Part shown: positions 53,091-64,000 of the stretch, in pieces
Position numbering within the stretch: the stretch's first letter is position 1
Layout: each line of letters opens with the position of its first letter
Origin: Octopus bimaculoides
Lineage: Eukaryota
Assembly: GCF_001194135.2 (NCBI RefSeq)
Contig: NC_068993.1
Coordinates: forward strand, 41,759,478-41,823,477
Reading direction: 5' to 3'
DNA length: 64,000 nt
Made by a program: the position numbers and the translations under genes
The notes under the pieces: model-generated
Told to the model about the DNA's origin: nothing
Database searches by the model: none
What the model saw: only the letters and a program-made list of their open reading frames with translations

Positions 53091-53814
53091 CATACATATA
53101 TATATATAGATATAGATATAGATATGCGTGTGTGAGTGTGTGTGTGTATGTGTAGTTTATTGTTATGTGTATGTGTGCTCGTGTGTGAGTGTGTGTTTGT
53201 TTTTGGATATATATATACACACATATATACGTACATATGCATATATGTACGCTTGTATGTATGTATGCATGTATGTATGTGCGTATGTATATATTTATGT
53301 ATGAATGCATGCATGTATAATCGTATATACTGAAGTGTCGATTGTTTTTGTTTGCCTTACAGCGATGAATATATCTGAAATTAAATTGTAAAACAATCTA
53401 AACGAAGAACAGCAAATCGATAGATATTAAAACGAAGTAATTTCATATTATATATAAATGTATGTTATATATATTATATATAAAAACATATTTTCAATTT
53501 AGAAATAGCAAATCAACGATATATATAAACAATGATAGAACATATTGTTCTTGTATAGTAATAAGAATGTTTTTCAAATATGTGACCATGACTATGTTTA
53601 TATTTATTATGGTAGCATCTTAAATAAAGAGTTCTTTTCCTGTGCCATTCGTCTGTTTGAATTTTTTATCAAGATACTACAAAAGAGGCCCAAGACTTGT
53701 TTGTGTGTATGCGCGCGTACATGTGTGTGTGAGCATGAAGATAGCGGGTTGTCAATGTTCCTACTGCAGTTCACTATGGAATGGCCAAATATATGTGACA
53801 GTATATATATGGTT

Positions 53815-54097
53815 GACACTCCGTCGGTTACGATGACGAGTGTTCCAGTTGATCCGATCAACGAAACAGCCTGCTCGTGAAATTAATGTGCAAGTGGCTG
53901 AGCACTCTACAGACACGTGTACCCTTAGCGTAGTTATCGGGGGAGATTCAACGTGACACAGAGTGTGACAAGGCTGGCCCTTTGAAATACAGGTACAACA
54001 GAAACAGGAAGATAGAGTGAGAGAAAGTTGTGTTGAAAGAGTACAGCAGGGTTCGCCACCATTCCCTGCCGGAGCCTCGTGGAGCTTTAGGTGTTTT
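53815..54097 (-). mobile_element. SINE family D, head lost in gap
   Basis: Reverse complement matches about 4430-4715 along its length. Confidence 0.9.
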
Positions 54098-54589
54098 NNN
54101 NNNNNNNNNNNNNNNNNNNNNNNNNNNNNNNNNNNNNNNNNNNNNNNNNNNNNNNNNNNNNNNNNNNNNNNNNNNNNNNNNNNNNNNNNNNNNNNNNNNN
54201 NNNNNNNNNNNNNNNNNNNNNNNNNNNNNNNNNNNNNNNNNNNNNNNNNNNNNNNNNNNNNNNNNNNNNNNNNNNNNNNNNNNNNNNNNNNNNNNNNNNN
54301 NNNNNNNNNNNNNNNNNNNNNNNNNNNNNNNNNNNNNNNNNNNNNNNNNNNNNNNNNNNNNNNNNNNNNNNNNNNNNNNNNNNNNNNNNNNNNNNNNNNN
54401 NNNNNNNNNNNNNNNNNNNNNNNNNNNNNNNNNNNNNNNNNNNNNNNNNNNNNNNNNNNNNNNNNNNNNNNNNNNNNNNNNNNNNNNNNNNNTAGATAGA
54501 TATAGATATAGATATAGATAGATATAGATATATAGAGAGATATATATATATATTGAAAGAATTAAAGAGGTTTGAAATAATGGTTTCCA

Positions 54590-54775
54590 TTTAGGTACAA
54601 GACGTACAATTTTGGAGCGAGGGATTAGTCGGTAGCGTCAACTCCAGTATTTTAACTGGTACTTGTTTTTATCGTCCCCGGAAGGATGAAAGGCAAAATC
54701 CAGCTTTAAAAGATTTGAACTCAGAATATAAAGAGCCAAAAGAAAGGTAATTTATCCGACGCTCTAACGATTCTA
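54590..54775 (-). mobile_element. SINE family B
   Basis: aactggtacttgtttttatcgtccccggaaggatgaaaggcaaaat ... atttgaactcagaat. Confidence 0.85.
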
Positions 54776-55746
54776 TCGGGTTGGGCAGTATGTAACAATG
54801 CAAGTGAACCCGATATTGAAAACATATAGAATTTTTGTATACTACTTTCTAAAATCGTATGCTCAATTCTCGAAGACTTCCAAAAATGGTAGAATAATTA
54901 TTGGAGGCAATCTCTCATCTAATGAAAGGAAGAATGAATGCAGGAAAGGGAATTCCTGCTTAAATCTGCAAGATATTTAGACTTAACGACAGTTTGCATA
55001 TAATAGCCACCAAAACATGATAGAAGAGCCAGATACAACAAGAATGAAAAGATGCTGCTTCCACTTTGTCACAATTTTTATAAAAAAAGAGGTCAAAACT
55101 TAATGGATATGGAATCCTTCCGATTTTTTTAATTATCATTATTAACAAATATAATCACGATATGAGCCAACAGATATCGTGGGGCTTTCGACTACGCTGT
55201 AGCTGAGTCAGTTGAATCTTCTGCTACTCTATAGCATTTGTTAACATTTCAAAAATAATGTATGTACATACATAAATATATAAAAATGTATGTGCATTAG
55301 GGCAATGACTTCTTAGATTTTTTCTGAAATTGAACATGGCCAGGGTGACTTGTTACGAGAAATTATGAGAAAACAGTGACGAGCAGTTCATCTTATTTTA
55401 AACTTTCAAAAACCTCCCCCACCAACTAATATATTTATTTTCAAATTCTTGACACTTGCATTGCCTTAGTCAAACTCACATTATGTTCGGCATTAGAGCT
55501 TCACACTATTTCATTAGATTAAAAGGATTTTATGACTGAAGTTACTTCATGGCTAAATGCCAATAACGATATATACAGTAGTAAAAGTTGTTTCACATCT
55601 TGAGTAGTATTATTTGTCGTTGAGTTCAGGACTGCATTATTCTTTCTATTACAGATATTAAAATATATTGCTTTAATCAGTGAAATAAATACATCAATCA
55701 TGTCATTTAAGCAGTCAAGTCAAGCAATTGTAGCAAACAAGAAAAA

Positions 55747-57050
55747 GTGACAAAAAATATAACTAACTTTGAAAAGTCTGTTAAAAAGCGAAGAATAATA
55801 CCGAATGTGGAACATGAGTGGACTGAACTAACTAGAATCCCTACAAAATCCAGCATCATTGGAAGGTATGACGCATTAGCAAAAGTTAAAAAATCCAGAC
55901 ATGCAAGAAATCAGCTCATTGCTCAAGAACTAAAGAATCTATGGAAAAAATTTGTATTTTTGTGTATAACACTAAAGTCTATTGTAAGAAAAGTAAATAC
56001 TCTGTTGACAAGATATGATATCCAATTAAAACATGCGATACCAGGTCAAAATTTTGAAGATTTGTTTGACATTACTAATCAAAATGGCAGCTGGTTATCT
56101 AAAGAAGAGAAATACTTTTACAGTACACAAATTCAAAGTGGAGGTATAACTGGCTACCCCACATCGCAGTTAGCTACGGTTAATCCTTCAAAGTGAACAC
56201 CTTCTTCGACAAGAGTCTCAGCTTCAACTTCACAAGCGTTCCTCTCATATACTGCAGTAAGTACAGTAACGTGCCTAAAAAATTCTCAAATATTACATAA
56301 TTTTTTTGTATGCATTGATGTTACTAATATGTACTCAACCTCTTACAGATACACCATCATTAACATCATCAGAAATCAGAAACCCCTACTTCCGATTCTG
56401 CAGATGAAATCACATTACCAATAGACGAACAAGTTGGCACCTCTAAACAACAACATCACTCAACTCAGAAAGCAATGAACTTGCTGAAAAAATAGAATTT
56501 AAGCAGTCATAAAGCAGCCAACGTCTGCAAACAGCTGAGAGGGGACGGAGTATTTCTCCCCAATCCACCACAGTCGGGATGTACAAACCTGCTATGAGAG
56601 AGGCCGCAAAGATGAAGCAGGAACTAAAAGAAACTTTAGAAATTTACCACTGGGTACTCCATTTTGATGGAAAGGTTATGAAGGGTAAAGAAAGACAAGT
56701 CGTTGTAGTGAAAAACAAAACAAGAGAAATTAGAATAGCAGAGCAGATACTATTTTTCAAGGACTAAAGGAAGTTTTGGATGATAACGAATTGTAGCCAG
56801 CAATCAAAAGGATCATCACAGACGCATGTAGTGTAAATACAAGAAAGCATACTGAAGTGGTCATTCAACTTCAGAACGAATTTGTAAAGCGTGGATATCC
56901 TGCAGCCCAATACATTGGTTGCCAACATCATGTGTTAGACCGCCTCCTAAAACATGAGATGAATGATACACAGAAAGGAAAAACTGCATCACCAAATATA
57001 TCATAGACGATTTAATAAAAATAAAAGAAGAAAATACGACGATTTGGCGG
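55747..57050 (+). pseudogene. hAT-superfamily (hATm-like) transposase pseudogene with a 92-nt intron (56257-56348)
   Basis: FEDLFDIT; LHFDGK resembling HWDGK; ITDACSVNT resembling FDTTASNT; YIGCQHHVLD resembling CRHH. Several stops and frameshifts; truncated by a (TA)n(TG)n tract at about 57070. Confidence 0.72.
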
Positions 57051-57072
57051 CAGAATGGAAATAAAGCGTGTG

Positions 57073-57190
<118 letters not shown>

Positions 57191-57464
57191 GATGTGTGTG
57201 TGTGTGGATGTATATATGTATGTATATATACACACACACACACATATATGTTTGTGTTTCTGTATGAATCTTTGCATATATCTACGTATGTATGTTAGAC
57301 GTTCGACACATGAGGTTCGATCAAAGAAGTTACCGACTCAAAACTATGTCCAGGCGTCAATATGATCCACCAAAAACTTTCTAAGTAATGCCCTAGCATG
57401 GCCATTACCAAATTTAGAAACATGTAAACAAATATACATGAATGTGTGTGTATATGTATTCTTA

Positions 57465-57515
<51 letters not shown>

Positions 57516-57527
57516 CTCTATCTGCAT

Positions 57528-57584
<57 letters not shown>

Positions 57585-58565
57585 CATACGCACACACACA
57601 CAGACATATACACACAGACGAGCACATACAAAAGTATACAGCTGAGACATCGGTATGCGCACACACTCAATCACATACATAGGTATAGTTATATTCAAGC
57701 ATTGAAAAACGTACATGTGTGTGTATGTGTTTGTGTGTGAGCAAATGTATTTGTGTATGCATACACAGTAGCATACATACATGTGCATCTAAACAAACGT
57801 AGTAAAGCTGTGTGTAACAAACACACAAAAAGCGAGAGAAAGAGATTTTATTGTTCTCCGTTAAGGCGTTACAGGGAAGGGCGTATGAGGAAATTCTTAA
57901 GTGAAGTCTGATAACAGTACACATCGCATATTTGTCAGGCTTACTAGACAGAAGAATGTATGTATAGGCATCTATTCCCGAATATATCTGCTCTGTATAT
58001 GCGTATGACTATTTCCTGTGTACTTCATAGACTACGTACGTGTCTGTCGAGTGGGTAGGAGGTCGGATATGTTGAGTGACCTATATGTATGAATGTATCT
58101 AAGTATGTATGTGTGTGAATATATATGTAAGTGTGTTTGTGTGTGTGTGTATGATAATGGTTGTTGTATGCGTGTTTTTACATAGTCTTCTTGTACATAC
58201 CATCGACATAAGAATTAAAGTTGACATTTAAGTTGGTAGTTGAAATACTTAATGACAAATCTCACATGATACATTAAGTGATATTGAGAAGTAGCTAATT
58301 GCGTATCTCACCATGTGATCAACACGAACACTATGAAATATTTTTTTTGTTTTTCTACACTATCTGAAGGATAAATTACCTGAACAGAGGGAAGAGAATC
58401 ACAAGCTAAGTCTCTATTTCCAGTAGTGTAGGAACTATTCGAGCATTTTCGGTGGTGATATAGTTTATATCAACAGTTAAACCAACCGCTTTTGTTCGCA
58501 ATGCTCCTTACTTTTTTGTCTATATCGCTTGCATCTTTTTTAGTGGTATATCTTTTATCTGTTAT

Positions 58566-58865
58566 CTTTTCTTGTTTCAGTCACTTGACTGCGGCCATGC
58601 TAGGGCACCGTCTTGAAGTGTCTGAGTAGAATAAATCGACCCCGAGAATTATTTTTTAAAGCTTAGTACTTATTCTATCTCCCTCTTTTGCCGAACCGCT
58701 ACTAACGGGGACGTAAACGCACGTCCCCGTAACTTAGCAGTTTGGCAAAAGTGACTGATAGAATAAGTGTCAGGCTCTCAAAAAATAAGACCTGAAGTCG
58801 ATTTCTTCTACTAAAATGCGGTGTTCCAGCATGACCGCAGTCAAATGCCTGAAATAAGTAAAAGA
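58566..58865. repeat. About 300-bp palindrome made of two inverted family-A SINE tail modules, 6-nt loop
   Basis: Centre cggggacgt-aaacgc-acgtccccg (58706-58729); arms are complementary out to cttttcttgtttcag and ctgaaataagtaaaag. Confidence 0.92.
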
Positions 58866-58909
<44 letters not shown>

Positions 58910-59684
58910 TGTGTAGTATATATGTGTGTATGTATGTATGCATGCATGTATAAAGGAACCATTTATCACTGAATGAGAGCGATTCTGCTGAATGCACCTA
59001 GCAACCATTGCATCACATATCTCAACTGTGGACCAATTTACCAAAAAAACTTTTTGAAATAGGAAAAGTTTTATCTACTGGAAACCTTCAGTTTCGTACA
59101 AAGATATAAAAACAAACTTTATGATAACGAAAAGAAAATTCAGGAGAAAAAACGCCAGATATCCTAATGAATAAAATACTAGTCATATTAAAAACGTCAT
59201 TGAATAATTGTTCCAATGTGAGAACTTTTTCAGTTGAGCGCCAGCTTTCAAAAGATGAAAGCTGAACTCTACTGAATTGCTTTCCATCTATTGACGAGTG
59301 CATATTTTATTGACTTTAGAGTGATATAAAGAAAAGCCGATTTTTAATGGATTTGAACTAAAACCGATCTTTGGTTTTAAGTACATATATCTGCAGTAGT
59401 GATAATGAAACGAAAACAATCCGGGAAAATACAAAAACAGAATGAGCAGAACGAATATATAAATGCGTAAAAGTCAACCTGTTTCATATCCGGTTCGTAT
59501 TTTTTTTTTCATTTTCATTTGTTTACAAAAAATTAAGTTTTAATAGCAACGCTTTTGTTTTAAGAACAATTTTGAAGGGCCGACAAATAAATGAATAATC
59601 ATATTGTCACACTTCGATAAGCTCGTTAAAGCTTGTTTAACTGATTACTAGAAAATAACCATTCATAAAAAATGAACTCTAACA

Positions 59685-60262
59685 CATGGCCACCACAGTA
59701 CTTGTCTGGTACTTCATTTTATCGACCCCCAAAAGGATTAAAGACAAAGTCCACTTCAGCGGTATTTGATCTCAGAACATAAAAAGCTAGAAGAAATACC
59801 GTTAAGCATTTTATCCGACATGCTAAAGATTCTTTTTCTAGTCTAGGCACAAGGGCCGAAATTTTGGGGGAGTGGGCCAGTCGGTTAGATCGACCCCAGT
59901 ACGTAACTGGTACTTAATTTATCGACCCCTGAAAGGATGAAAGGCAAACTCGACCTCGGTGGATTTTGAACTCAGAACATAAAGACAGACGAAATACCGC
60001 TAAGTATTTCGCCCGGCGTGCTAACATTTCTTATTTCTCTGTTGCCCACAAGAGGCTAAACATAGAGAGGACAAACACGGACAGACAAAGGGATTAAGTA
60101 GATTACATCGACCCCAGTGCGTAACTGGTACTTAATTTATCGACCCCAAAAGGATGAAAGGCAAAGTCGACCTCGGTGGAATTTGAACTCAGTACATTAC
60201 GGCAGACGAAATGCCACTAAGCATTTCGCCCGGCGTGCTAACGTTTCTGACAGCTCGCTGCC
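59685..60262 (-). mobile_element. Three tandem family-B SINE copies
   Basis: Core ctggtactt(a/c)a(t)tttatcgacccc..aaagga occurs three times (about 59707, 59908, 60126). Confidence 0.92.
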
Positions 60263-60450
60263 TTCAACGTGCTATAGATTCTGCCAACTCGCTGTCTTAG
60301 ATATTAATGATTAATAACAAAACTGAAAATATTCTTAAGAAGTTACAAAAATATATTCGAAAGTATTTAACCAAAGAGAATATTTAATTATTACATTCAT
60401 ATTTAATGATATTTAATAAGTGAACTTCAAAAATTTAATTATTCATTTCA

Positions 60451-60648
60451 TTAATTCAGAATACTCAATTGTAGTTTTGTATTTTCCCTGATTATTTTGG
60501 CTTCATTATCAGTCCCGTAGATATATAAACCAAAACCTATAGACGGCCCACGAGGAATATTCCGGCTTCGAACAATATATTGTAAAACACCGTGACAGGG
60601 TTCTATTTCCTTCCATGTTGTAAGAAGATATGAGTAAAAATATTGCAC
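60451..60648 (-). CDS. Candidate terminal exon (65 aa), function unknown
   Basis: gttttcAG acceptor immediately precedes the stop-free frame VQYFYSYLL...GFGLYIYG...; no other support. Confidence 0.2.
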   Translation of the reverse strand: MQYFYSYLLTTWKEIEPCHGVLQYIVRSRNIPRGPSIGFGLYIYGTDNEAKIIRENTKLQLSILN

Positions 60649-60973
60649 CTGAAAACTCAGACAATTATATTTATTTAAATGCTTTTTTTTTTTATAGGTT
60701 TCTATATATATTCTGTAAATATATAGTCTGTATTTACTTTAGATACATTTACTCTAAGTAAATACAAATCGAAATATGGTAAAGCAAAAAATTGGAATAA
60801 AGAGTAAGAAAAAATCTTCAAATTGAAACTAATTTAATTGTCTGATTGAATCACATTACTTTGGTAATAAATATTATATATGCACATACACACACACATA
60901 CGCACACACACGCTCACACGCATATATCTATACACACATATACATATATATGCCCATATTATTTTCTATCTCC

Positions 60974-61034
<61 letters not shown>

Positions 61035-61044
61035 AAGTGAAATC

Positions 61045-61082
<38 letters not shown>

Positions 61083-61169
61083 AATAAAGAAAGATAGATA
61101 GATAGATAGACAGACATACAGACAGACATACAGACAGACAGACAGACAGACAGACAGATAGGTAGACAC

Positions 61170-61202
<33 letters not shown>

Positions 61203-61225
61203 CAGACAGATAGATAGATAGATAA

Positions 61226-61260
<35 letters not shown>
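61045..61260. repeat. Compound (GATA)/(GACA) tetranucleotide microsatellite
   Basis: Seen directly. Confidence 0.97.
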
Positions 61261-61829
61261 TCCTATTACGTGAGTAATGGGATTCGCACAGACAATTAAC
61301 CAGCAGACCTACCTCCTTTACATCGTAGATACGTCCCAGTTTTATATAGATTTGCAAAAATCAGGTTTCCTCTAAAATTTCTTTTACATATAATTATGTC
61401 TATGAAGATAACTACTTTAATGCATTAGTCTTTATATATTAATGCATTAGTCTTTATACATTTATGTTGTTGGTTCTTTGAATTGGCCGAATGTGGTGCT
61501 GGTGAGTGCACTCAATATGGTTGGGCATCATTTTGATTTTACTTTTTCTCACTTATTTTCTCTTACTTCTACGGTGACTGTGAACATTGTAGAGGTCTTT
61601 TATGTCATTCTTGGTATCTTCTTGTATTTTGTGTTAGTAATGTTTTGTTGTGACTATGATGTTTGGCTTTAATTGATATTGTCTGGAGTTGTTGCTGATA
61701 GATTTTTCAATCCATCATAGATATTACGTTAGCCTTGTCTCGATCTCCAATCACTTATATAAGAAAATCGTAGTAAACTACAAGCACAGACTGCACATAA
61801 AACATACCCGCATAACACTTGCACAAAGA

Positions 61830-62070
61830 AACAAACAATATTAAATATGAATGACCACCTGAATATATGAGGTGAGAATTTACTAACGCAGTAAACTCCA
61901 GCTTACGCAGTTCCTGTCACTTATATATACAATCAGCCATAAGCAAAGTAGAATATTTATAACACACCCGGAGTCTACTAGAAACAGTAGTCTACGAGAA
62001 ACATTTCTTCCACCTAATTCTAGAACTAAAATACGAACATAAAAAAGACATTTGTAAAACAATAGCAGCA
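61830..62070 (+). mobile_element. Possible LINE endonuclease N-terminal fragment
   Basis: ILNMN and FLPPNS resemble the IxQxN and YxPP APE motifs; AC-rich composition like 5.5-6.4 kb. Confidence 0.25.
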
Positions 62071-63536
62071 GCATCAATATCGTTATCATTTCAAAAATTG
62101 TACGGGATACACAGTACGGAGGATCTGTCGTTATTTTGTTCAGTCCACGTTCATTTCACCCTATTTGTTGTGATTAGTTCCAAAGTCTTGCAGACGTGAT
62201 AAAACAGTTATTGTAGTATGCAGGATATTACATTGCATTATTTACAATTATCCACATTGCATCACAATGTGCTGTGTTGTCCTCGACTAGATGGGACTGT
62301 AGATCTGATGACAATCTCTAGTCATTTGATCACAGCTAATCTGGGATTAAACAGCAATAAAACATGAATAATTTATTTCATTTTAATCATTCCTTCTTTT
62401 ACATCATCATTTTCTTTCTTTTCCATCTTCCTGCCTCATTTTTTTCTCTCTATACACGCTCGTCTGAATTATGGACATTCAAACATACACACTCAGGCAT
62501 TACACCCACTACGCACAAAACCAAACACACACACACACTCACAAACACTCACACATATACATACAAACATATATATACACGCACACAATTTTGCACACAC
62601 ATTAATACACACATGCAAACACAGACAAGCACAACTGTGTAAACTCAGCTTGCCTGTACATACATATATCAACAGGCTAGGCTCACATTTTCATGCAATA
62701 ATTTGGTGGCCTATACGCTGGAACAGATGATATCTTTGGGGATGTCTACTATGCAAGCATATGCAGGGCATGCTCTATGAGCTTCGCGTAAATACAATTC
62801 CCACTTCCAAAATATTTTAATACAACTGGACACTCAGTCATCACGCCCATACCGATGTTTTCGCGCACTAGAAAACACCACGTTTTAGAAACCATAATGA
62901 ATAATACATAATTTTTACATAGGACACGTCTTCTCCCAAGGACTACAATGAATTACTCTCATTCCTCTATTCCTGATCGTATCCGCCCCCAACCTACCTG
63001 TCCTTTTTTTTTACGCATATACGTTAAGTTCGAAGCTTTATGGTCGTTTACCTGATCTATTCTTCCATATCTACAAATATGTGCATGTATGTAACTGCGC
63101 ATAGTCATGTATATATCAATACATACATATATATACATATATTTTTTCATATAAAATTAGTATACATTTATGCACAAAAGAGGTGACCCTAACAGGACAC
63201 CTTACATGCTAAAAGGAGCAGTCAATACCCGAACCGCGGTTAAGAGTAATTTCGAAGGGGATGAAAAATAAAAAATATTTTTAATAGTTGCCACTTGTAC
63301 CTAAGTTTCGAACATAAATGAACAAATGAAATAATTTGCTATCCGTACACTAATTTAAATTGATGTAATGATTACTTTGTTCAATTAAATGGACTCGCTT
63401 GAAACGGTCGTACTGCATCACTTCATGATATCCTGTTGCTTATTTTGATCTCATTCACCTTACTTCGAGCTGTACGGATAATACCGAACTGACTTGGTAC
63501 TTCGACATAAGTACCTAATTCAACTGAATCTGAATT

Positions 63537-63574
<38 letters not shown>

Positions 63575-63640
63575 TATATAAAATTTTAAAAAAAGAAAAT
63601 CTTAGCCACAAACATAGCACAATTTCTATTCCCTGACAAG

Positions 63641-63803
63641 GGAGACAACCTCCTACAGCAAGCGAGTGCAAAATATCGGCCGGCCGATTTCGGATAGAAT
63701 TAATCCGCATAGGTGACGTTACTCCGTTGCTAATGGGTGAGCTGAGATCTTTGTTAGTACACATAAAATTATCGAAGAAATCGATAGCTGATTCAATAAA
63801 ATG
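63641..63803. CDS. Candidate internal exon, strand unresolved
   Basis: GC-richer island open on both strands; plus strand has AG...GTAAGG bounds; minus strand has ttttattgaatCAG and an open frame. Confidence 0.25.
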
Positions 63804-64000
63804 GTAAGGTGTAATTTATAAAATTAGGAAGGTGGATAGATGCGAATTAAAACCAAAAGACAGAATTTAATCGTCACTGAAAGTGACTAGAATGCAAGTC
63901 TGTACCGTCTTTGATAGAAATAAGACGATTAAATTTTGCCTTTAGGTTATGATTTGCGTCTAGCCACCTTAATAATTGTACATATATATATATATATATA

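Larger units (their letters stand above)
393..54492. other. Span containing 14 assembly gaps: 393-1101, 7590-7864, 24893-25310, 27647-27846, 30547-30556, 31634-31915, 32515-32634, 35382-35541, 38103-38903, 43946-44196, 46543-46599, 47911-48043, 50503-50512, 54098-54492
   Basis: N runs seen directly; most are bordered by simple repeats, as expected for short-read assembly breaks. Confidence 0.98.

Noticed and set aside
59200-59300. VERSFQKMK resembling the hAT dimerisation-domain motif
   Set aside because: Needs a frameshift to read and is a single short motif; insufficient to call or to link to the 55.7-57 kb transposase.

Overview
AT-rich, microsatellite-saturated eukaryotic genomic DNA with 14 assembly gaps (about 3.8 kb of N), most bordered by (TA)n or (CA)n tracts. 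The SINE families and simple-repeat load suggest an octopus (coleoid cephalopod) draft scaffold; this is an inference from repeat recognition. I found no intact, confidently identifiable host gene, rRNA, functional tRNA or CRISPR array, and nearly all ORF-track entries are microsatellite or gap artefacts. Supported content: many copies of at least four tRNA-headed SINE families; a decayed Penelope-like element (RT + GIY-YIG, about 12.5-14.2 kb); an internally deleted DD37D (maT) Tc1/mariner element (about 36.0-36.8 kb); a decayed hAT-like transposase with a fossil intron (about 55.7-57.0 kb); a very old BEL/Pao relic (about 21.8-26.3 kb); and LINE fragments. Most notable structures: the Penelope RT motif-A segment is inverted in twin-priming geometry; a degenerate minimal hammerhead ribozyme at 16.8 kb; three fold-back hairpins built from one SINE family (one about 300 nt with a 6-nt loop); a 1.36-kb element with long inverted and internal direct repeats; and a candidate terminal exon (18564-18938) with a speculative Bcl-2-like pattern. 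I see no clear evidence for a complete new biological system. All protein assignments are by-eye motif matches, not database searches; repeat boundaries are approximate.
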